Assembly (NCBI GenBank): GCA_964612745.1
Contig: CAZTCH010000004.1
Location: 29,382-93,381 of the forward strand
DNA: 64,000 nt
Direction: 5' to 3'
Origin: an uncultured Candidatus Saccharibacteria bacterium
GTDB lineage: Bacteria > Patescibacteriota > Doudnabacteria > UBA920
Part shown: positions 59,145-64,000 of the stretch, piece by piece
Layout: each line of letters begins with the position of its first letter
How positions within the stretch are numbered: the first letter of the stretch is position 1
Notes under the pieces: model-generated
What the model was told of the DNA's origin: nothing
The model's input: only the letters and a program-made list of their open reading frames with translations
The model's database searches: none
Program-made: the position numbers and the translations under genes

Positions 59145-59231
59145 GGGCGTATGGTGGAATTGGTATACACGTACGCTTCAGGTGCGTATGGGAGTAATCC
59201 CGTGAGAGTTCGAGTCTCTCTACGCCCACCA
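59145..59231 (+). tRNA. tRNA-Leu (anticodon CAG), long variable arm, CCA encoded
   Basis: GGGCGTA acceptor, TGGTGGAATTGGTA D-arm (the Leu signature), anticodon loop UUCAGGU, variable arm GGGAGTAATCCC, T-arm GAGTTCGAGTCTC, ...TACGCCCACCA. Confidence 0.8.
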
Positions 59232-59303
59232 TTTATATACAACACGTCCCGCCGCATGGCGGGGTGACCGCAAGGTCGTGGAGGTTCGAGTCCTCTTCTG
59301 GGC
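59228..59303 (+). repeat. tRNA-3'-half-like unit X (ACCA + 19-nt spacer TTTATATACAACACGTCCC + hairpin + T-arm + acceptor 3' strand + ACCA). A partial copy lies at 60402-60456.
   Basis: 59228-59282 is identical to 60402-60456 (55/55). Confidence 0.7.
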
Positions 59304-59380
59304 ACCATTTATATACAACACGTCCCGATGTCGCATCGGGATGGGAGCAATCCCGTGAGAGTTCGAGTCTCTCTACGCCC
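59304..59380 (+). repeat. 77-bp direct repeat Y-left (contains the 3' 40 nt of tRNA-Leu: variable arm + T-arm + acceptor 3' strand). Putative attL.
   Basis: Identical to 60325-60401 (77/77). The internal GGGAGCAATCCCGTGAGAGTTCGAGTCTCTCTACGCCC matches tRNA-Leu 59192-59228 with one mismatch. Confidence 0.8.
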
Positions 59381-59425
59381 GCAGTAAGAAAAAAGTATCG
59401 GCAGACCCGAGTGCTTTTAAAAAAT

Positions 59426-60241
59426 ATGTCTCACGGATTAACATATATAAAATCAAAAGGTAAATGTATTTATTGCGATAAATCAGATACCGATCTTAGC
59501 GATGAACATATTGTACCACTTTCCCTTGGCGGCGTTCATATTATACAAAAAGCGAGTTGTTCTAATTGTGCAAAAATAACAAGTGGTTTTGAAGGTAACG
59601 TTGCTCAGGGTTTATGGGGTGATGCGAGGGTAGCTTTTAACGCTCCGACGCGACACCTTAAAAAAAGAAAGGGTGTTATTTCTACTAAAATTTCTCAAGG
59701 CACTAAAGAAATTGAAATTTCAAGTACTGAATATCCTGCCGGCTTTGTTTTTTACCGCATGAATATTCCAGGTATATTACAAGGACTACCAGAAAATAAG
59801 GATGTTTCTGCTTTATGGACAATGGATATGGTTGACGATGACAAAAGGAGAGAGGATTTTTTTAAGAAACACGGTAGCTATCCAACACTAAAGTTTAAAC
59901 ACGTACCTCAAGATTTTGGGCGAATGCTGATTAAGATAGGCTATGGACATATTCTGACCTTTCTCGAGCCTGAAGATTTCAACCCTTTCTGTTTGCCATA
60001 TATTTTGGGAGAAAAACAAAATGTATCTTATTTGGTTGGGGAGCAGGCAAAAAATGTTGCTCCTAGCCTTGACCTGGGATATTCGCTTCATGCAAAAGGT
60101 TTTGTGATTTCAGAAAATAGACTTTTACTAATTGCAATAGTTAGACTTTATGCGAACACACATTCTCCTGAATATGAAATAGTGGTTGGTGATGTTCTTG
60201 GTTTTGAAAAAATTACTCAAGTTTTGAAAAAGATAACATGA
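59426..60241 (+). CDS. HNH-endonuclease-domain protein (N-terminal CxxC...HIVPLSLGG...CxxC HNH motif; C-terminal about 200 aa of unknown function) on an AT-rich cassette
   Basis: 271 aa from the ATG at 59426; the track ORF upstream extension is read-through of the tRNA-like repeats. GC is about 35%. Confidence 0.6.
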   Translation: MSHGLTYIKSKGKCIYCDKSDTDLSDEHIVPLSLGGVHIIQKASCSNCAKITSGFEGNVAQGLWGDARVAFNAPTRHLKKRKGVISTKISQGTKEIEISSTEYPAGFVFYRMNIPGILQGLPENKDVSALWTMDMVDDDKRREDFFKKHGSYPTLKFKHVPQDFGRMLIKIGYGHILTFLEPEDFNPFCLPYILGEKQNVSYLVGEQAKNVAPSLDLGYSLHAKGFVISENRLLLIAIVRLYANTHSPEYEIVVGDVLGFEKITQVLKKIT

Positions 60242-60324
60242 CCTAAGTGCCCCACAAACCCAAGAGAAAAGTGCTAGAATGTCCTTACAAGGGTTATATC
60301 TCTGGGTACTTAACCCGAGTGGTC

Positions 60325-60401
60325 TACCATTTATATACAACACGTCCCGATGTCGCATCGGGATGGGAGCAATCCCGTGAGAGTTCGAGTCTCTCTACGC
60401 C
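60325..60401 (+). repeat. 77-bp direct repeat Y-right (putative attR)
   Basis: See Y-left. Confidence 0.8.
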
Positions 60402-60480
60402 CACCATTTATATACAACACGTCCCGCCGCATGGCGGGGTGACCGCAAGGTCGTGGATGCTTAAATCTTCTTCCGAGGAG

Positions 60481-60522
60481 CAGTAATAGTGGCTGACCAA
60501 TTTGGTCAGTCACTATTACTTT
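60481..60522 (+). terminator. near-perfect 18-bp hairpin (AGTAATAGTGGCTGACCAA-TTT-GGTCAGTCACTATTACT) followed by TTTG
   Basis: Visible palindrome immediately after the repeat block. Confidence 0.6.
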
Positions 60523-60623
60523 GTGTGCAAGAGAGGGCAAGAAGAACAACATCCAAAACCTTGAAACCCCTACAAATCCTCACTGTTACTCCCTATATTT
60601 AAGCGCTATTTACGCTATTTCGA

Positions 60624-60652
60624 TTGACAAAAGCAGATGACCAAGCTATAAT
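60624..60652 (+). promoter_or_regulatory. consensus sigma70-type promoter TTGACA-N17-TATAAT, about 385 nt upstream of rnj
   Basis: Perfect -35 and -10 hexamers with a 17-nt spacer; no ORF with a Shine-Dalgarno downstream until rnj. Confidence 0.6.
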
Positions 60653-61036
60653 GTGTTGGCAAGTAGACGAACTCCAAAGAAACAAAATTCTTACAGTTTA
60701 CAAATCAGACCTAGAAAACAGTTTTTTATTTTTGATTTGTTAATTGTGCCCCATCTTTTTGTGGGACCAAATTCTTATTGTGGCGATTGCATAAATCACA
60801 CGGTAAGCCTCAGGCATTTTTTGCCCAGCACGAGTTAACAATTTGCGTAATTCGAAAGAGCATAGCATCTACTGACGTTTATTAGGTGCAGAGATAAGAC
60901 GCTATATTTCTCAAGAATTATTCTTCTATCAAATAAGTGGCGAACCAGCTTTTCGCGACCAATAATACAGCGACCGATTTTATTTTACCGCTTGTTATTC
61001 TGGACCTGCACGAGCTGGTCACCACAATAGACACAC

Positions 61037-62932
61037 ATGATTAAAAATACTTCGCAACATTTGCATCGACCAAGTGGTCCACAACAGCCAAATAATCGCC
61101 CTCCTCGCAAAACTGGTGGGCATAGCATGGGCGGATCCCGACGGCCAATGCCACGCAGACAACCTGGACAAGACTTTATTGATCGTCAGGTTGCACTCGC
61201 AAACTTAGAAGCCAAAAATAAGCACCTTACCCCTGTAAAAACCAGCGCACATACACAAAGCAGAAATGTTTTGCGCGTTATTCCTTTGGGTGGGGTAGAA
61301 GAAATCGGTGTTAACTGTACCGTTTTTGAATTTGGTGATGATATTATCATTATCGACTGTGGTCTCGCCTTCCCAGACGAAACCATGCCAGGGGTAGATT
61401 ACATTATTCCTGATATTACCTACTTAGAAGAGAACAAGCACAAAATCCGTGGTGTATTTATTACCCACGCTCACTTGGACCACATTGGTGCTCTTCCATA
61501 CGTATTGGCAAAACTTGGTGACCCAGCTGTGTACACCATGCCTTTGTCTGCTGGACTTATCCGCAAACGCTTAGAAGAGTTTAACCTCGCCGAACGCACT
61601 CGCTTACATGCAGTAGACAAAGACGATACCATTCAGCTTGGTAACTTTAAAGTAGAATTTTTCCGCCTGAACCACAACATTCCAGATTGTGTCGGTATGC
61701 GGATTCAAACCCCAGTTGGTAACGTTGTATACGCAACAGACTGGAAGTTTGACCACACCCCAACAGACGAAAAACCAACTGAGTTCGAAAAGATTGCTCG
61801 TTTTGGTGGCGAAGGTGTGTTGCTTCTTATGAGCGACTCCACAAACGCCATGAAACCAGGGTACTGTATTTCCGAACGCGAGCTGGCAAATACAATTGAC
61901 CGAGTATTCCAAGATACCAAAGGTCGTATTATTTTTGCTACGTTCTCACAGCTTATTTCTCGTATCCAGTCAGTCTGCGATTCTGCAGCAAAATATAATC
62001 GCAAAATCGTTGTAACTGGACGTTCCATGGTGAATGCAATAGAAATTGCACTCTCTTTGGGCTACCTCCGCATACAACCAAAAATATTTATTAAATCCGA
62101 ACAAGCTTCCAAGTTTCCAGACGCAAGCCTTGTAGTACTGACTACTGGCTCACAAGGTGAAGAATCTTCTGCGCTCGCTCGCATGGCTCGTGGCGAACAC
62201 AAAACCATTCAAGTACGCAAAGGTGACACCGTGGTTATGTCTGCTTCTCCAATTCCTGGCAACGAACGCTCGGTAGTAGAAGTCATAGACAACCTGACCC
62301 GCCAAGGTGCAAACGTTATCTACAACAAAATTCTAGATATTCACGCATCGGGACACGCTCAGCAAGAAGAACTCAAGATGATGTTCGGCTTGGTGAAACC
62401 AAAGTACTTTGTTCCAATCCACGGTGAACACCACATGATTGTGGCTCACAACAAATTAGCACAAAGTGTTGGTCTCCCTCCAGAAAATACATTCGCACTC
62501 GACAACGGTAACGTACTCGAATTCAACGAGCACAGCCAAGCCAAGCTTGCAGACGGCAAAGTACAAGCTGGTTACGTCTATGTAGATGGTCTTGGTGTTG
62601 GCGATGTTGGTGAAGTTGTCTTACGTGACCGCCAAGTCATGAGCAAAGATGGTATGTTTGTTATTATCGTCTCTCTTGACCGCAAAACAAGCAAACTGAT
62701 TAACCAACCAGATATTATTTCTCGTGGTTTCATTTATATGAAAGGCAACGAAGATATTATCCGAGAAGTGAAGCACGAAGTCAGAAAAATCTGTGAGAAC
62801 AAAGGCCCAGAAAAGGCTTCTGAACCAGACTATTCTTACCTCAGACAAGTAGTCCGTGACCAAGTTGGCGAATATTTGTTCCAAAAGACAAACCGTCGCC
62901 CAATGGTACTGCCGGTGATTATAGAGGTATAA
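61037..62932 (+). CDS. rnj: ribonuclease J (metallo-beta-lactamase/beta-CASP) with Arg/Pro-rich N-terminal extension
   Basis: 631 aa; HxHxDH (ITHAHLDHIG), beta-CASP motifs, C-terminal domain. Confidence 0.9.
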   Translation: MIKNTSQHLHRPSGPQQPNNRPPRKTGGHSMGGSRRPMPRRQPGQDFIDRQVALANLEAKNKHLTPVKTSAHTQSRNVLRVIPLGGVEEIGVNCTVFEFGDDIIIIDCGLAFPDETMPGVDYIIPDITYLEENKHKIRGVFITHAHLDHIGALPYVLAKLGDPAVYTMPLSAGLIRKRLEEFNLAERTRLHAVDKDDTIQLGNFKVEFFRLNHNIPDCVGMRIQTPVGNVVYATDWKFDHTPTDEKPTEFEKIARFGGEGVLLLMSDSTNAMKPGYCISERELANTIDRVFQDTKGRIIFATFSQLISRIQSVCDSAAKYNRKIVVTGRSMVNAIEIALSLGYLRIQPKIFIKSEQASKFPDASLVVLTTGSQGEESSALARMARGEHKTIQVRKGDTVVMSASPIPGNERSVVEVIDNLTRQGANVIYNKILDIHASGHAQQEELKMMFGLVKPKYFVPIHGEHHMIVAHNKLAQSVGLPPENTFALDNGNVLEFNEHSQAKLADGKVQAGYVYVDGLGVGDVGEVVLRDRQVMSKDGMFVIIVSLDRKTSKLINQPDIISRGFIYMKGNEDIIREVKHEVRKICENKGPEKASEPDYSYLRQVVRDQVGEYLFQKTNRRPMVLPVIIEV

Positions 62933-62940
62933 CTTTTCAA

Positions 62941-62972
62941 AAACAGCTGAGCACGACTCAGCTGTTTTTTTG
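62941..62972 (+). terminator. terminator (AAAACAGCTGAGCACGACTCAGCTGTTTTTTTG)
   Basis: 10-bp stem plus T-run. Confidence 0.75.
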
Positions 62973-63022
62973 CGTAAACCCCTACTGGCACAAGCCAATC
63001 CCTCCTTGCTATACTAATACAT

Positions 63023-64000
63023 ATGCAAAAAGAACGAATTCTCTCGGGCATCCGCGCCACAAGCAAACTCCACATTGGTAATTACCTCGGTGCTTTAAAA
63101 CAGTTTGTTGACCTCCAAAACAACACTGATTCAGAGTGCTTGTTTTTCATAGCAGATTTACACGCTCTGACCACCCCGTTTGTCCCTGCTGACCTACGCC
63201 ACATTACTCTCGAAGTTGCTGCAGAATACATTGCTGCGGGGCTTGATCCAGAAAAGTCAGTTTTGTTTTTACAAAACCAAGTACATGAACACACAGAGCT
63301 TGCTTGGATATTTGAATGCATCAGTCCTTTAGGTGAACTGGAACGCATGACCCAGTTCAAAGATAAAAGCAAACAACAAGCTGAAAGTATTAACGCAGGA
63401 CTCCTGACCTACCCTGTACTGATGAGTGCCGACATCTTGCTGTACAAACCTAAATTCGTACCTGTCGGAGAAGACCAGATGCAGCACCTTGAGCTTGCCC
63501 GTATTGTGGCTCGCAAGTTCAACACACAATTTGGGAAAGTATTCCCAGAGCCAAAAAATCATGCGTTAAAACCATTACGCATTATGAGCTTGAAGGATCC
63601 AAGCAAAAAAATGAGTAAGACTGGAGATATTCCCCTCTTTTTAGCAGACACCCCAGAGGAGATTTACGCAAAAATAAAAAAAGCAGTTACCGCAAGCGAC
63701 TCGCATGGCGCATCTGCTGGCGCGGAAAACTTAATCTATCTTTTGTCTCACTTTGGCACATCGGAACATGTTGCCCAAATTGCTGACGCAGTAAAGACTG
63801 AGGCACTCAAATATAGTGAACTCAAAGATGTTCTCGCTGCAGATATCGCTGAACATTTTGCACAATTCCGTGAGAAGAAAGCAGAACTCTTATCTCGCCC
63901 AGACACGCTCGCCCAAATCCTTGGCGACGGTGCACACAAAGCGAGAAAAATTGCACAACAAACGTTAGCAGAAGTGAAAGAGAAGATTGGATTGTTGTAG
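63023..64000 (+). CDS. trpS: tryptophanyl-tRNA synthetase
   Basis: 325 aa; HIGH-type motif (TSKLHIGNYLG) and KMSKS (KMSKTG). The ORF ends at the window edge with a TAG. Confidence 0.95.
   Translation: MQKERILSGIRATSKLHIGNYLGALKQFVDLQNNTDSECLFFIADLHALTTPFVPADLRHITLEVAAEYIAAGLDPEKSVLFLQNQVHEHTELAWIFECISPLGELERMTQFKDKSKQQAESINAGLLTYPVLMSADILLYKPKFVPVGEDQMQHLELARIVARKFNTQFGKVFPEPKNHALKPLRIMSLKDPSKKMSKTGDIPLFLADTPEEIYAKIKKAVTASDSHGASAGAENLIYLLSHFGTSEHVAQIADAVKTEALKYSELKDVLAADIAEHFAQFREKKAELLSRPDTLAQILGDGAHKARKIAQQTLAEVKEKIGLL

Noticed and set aside
59264-59425. N-terminal 54 aa of ORF 59264..60241 (GTG start)
   Set aside because: It reads through the tRNA-like repeat units X and Y (for example FESSSG is a T-arm), whereas the ATG at 59426 is followed by the HNH motif.
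60653-60838. 61-aa ORF just downstream of the consensus promoter
   Set aside because: Its GTG lies inside or adjacent to the -10 hexamer, so it would be upstream of the transcription start; it has no SD and low-complexity content.

Overview
This 64 kb window looks like a gene-dense chromosomal segment from a small-genome bacterium. The features suggest a CPR/Patescibacteria-like organism, which is inference only: two 'four-helix-bundle / 23S rRNA-IVS' proteins, a type IV pilin, a short Rel, a minimal heat-shock operon, and about 48% GC with AT-rich islands. All calls were made by eye from the sequence and the supplied ORF track. No search or folding tools were run, and coordinates I indexed by hand may be off by 1-2 nt. 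Housekeeping genes called: HU, nusB, rpmF (L32, below the ORF-track cutoff), groES/groEL, a SAM-methyltransferase, mutM, rel, ndk, cyclophilin, comEC, hisS, ftsA/ftsZ, GatB/YqeY, rpsU, HIT, lepB, an LCP protein, der, pth, dprA, capA, topA, a pilin, an RlmI-like MTase, cysteine desulfurase, an EamA transporter, dnaJ-dnaK-grpE-hrcA (with extra inserted genes), a Trx lipoprotein, a DsbD/CcdA-TlpA fusion, an XRE regulator, uvrA, uvrC, a LuxR-type response regulator, secG, a family-5 SBP, RNase J and trpS. Five tRNAs were found (Pro, Gly, Val, Lys, Leu). Mobile or accessory content: an IS200-type tnpA; an AT-rich HNH-nuclease cassette flanked by 77-bp direct repeats carrying tRNA-Leu 3'-end fragments; a LAGLIDADG-like ORF between two tRNAs; a 1.9 kb AT-rich two-gene island; and two 4HB genes bracketed by short inverted repeats. 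The noncoding space is unusual. Nearly every intergenic region carries tandem heptamer arrays of locus-specific sequence. There is also a 55-nt element conserved in the 3' UTRs of nusB and uvrA, an inverted pair of a roughly 130-bp AT-rich element, CIRCE-like operators, and a tandem set of four Shine-Dalgarno-preceded mini-ORFs (28-45 aa, hydrophobic) in the 940-bp uvrA-uvrC spacer.
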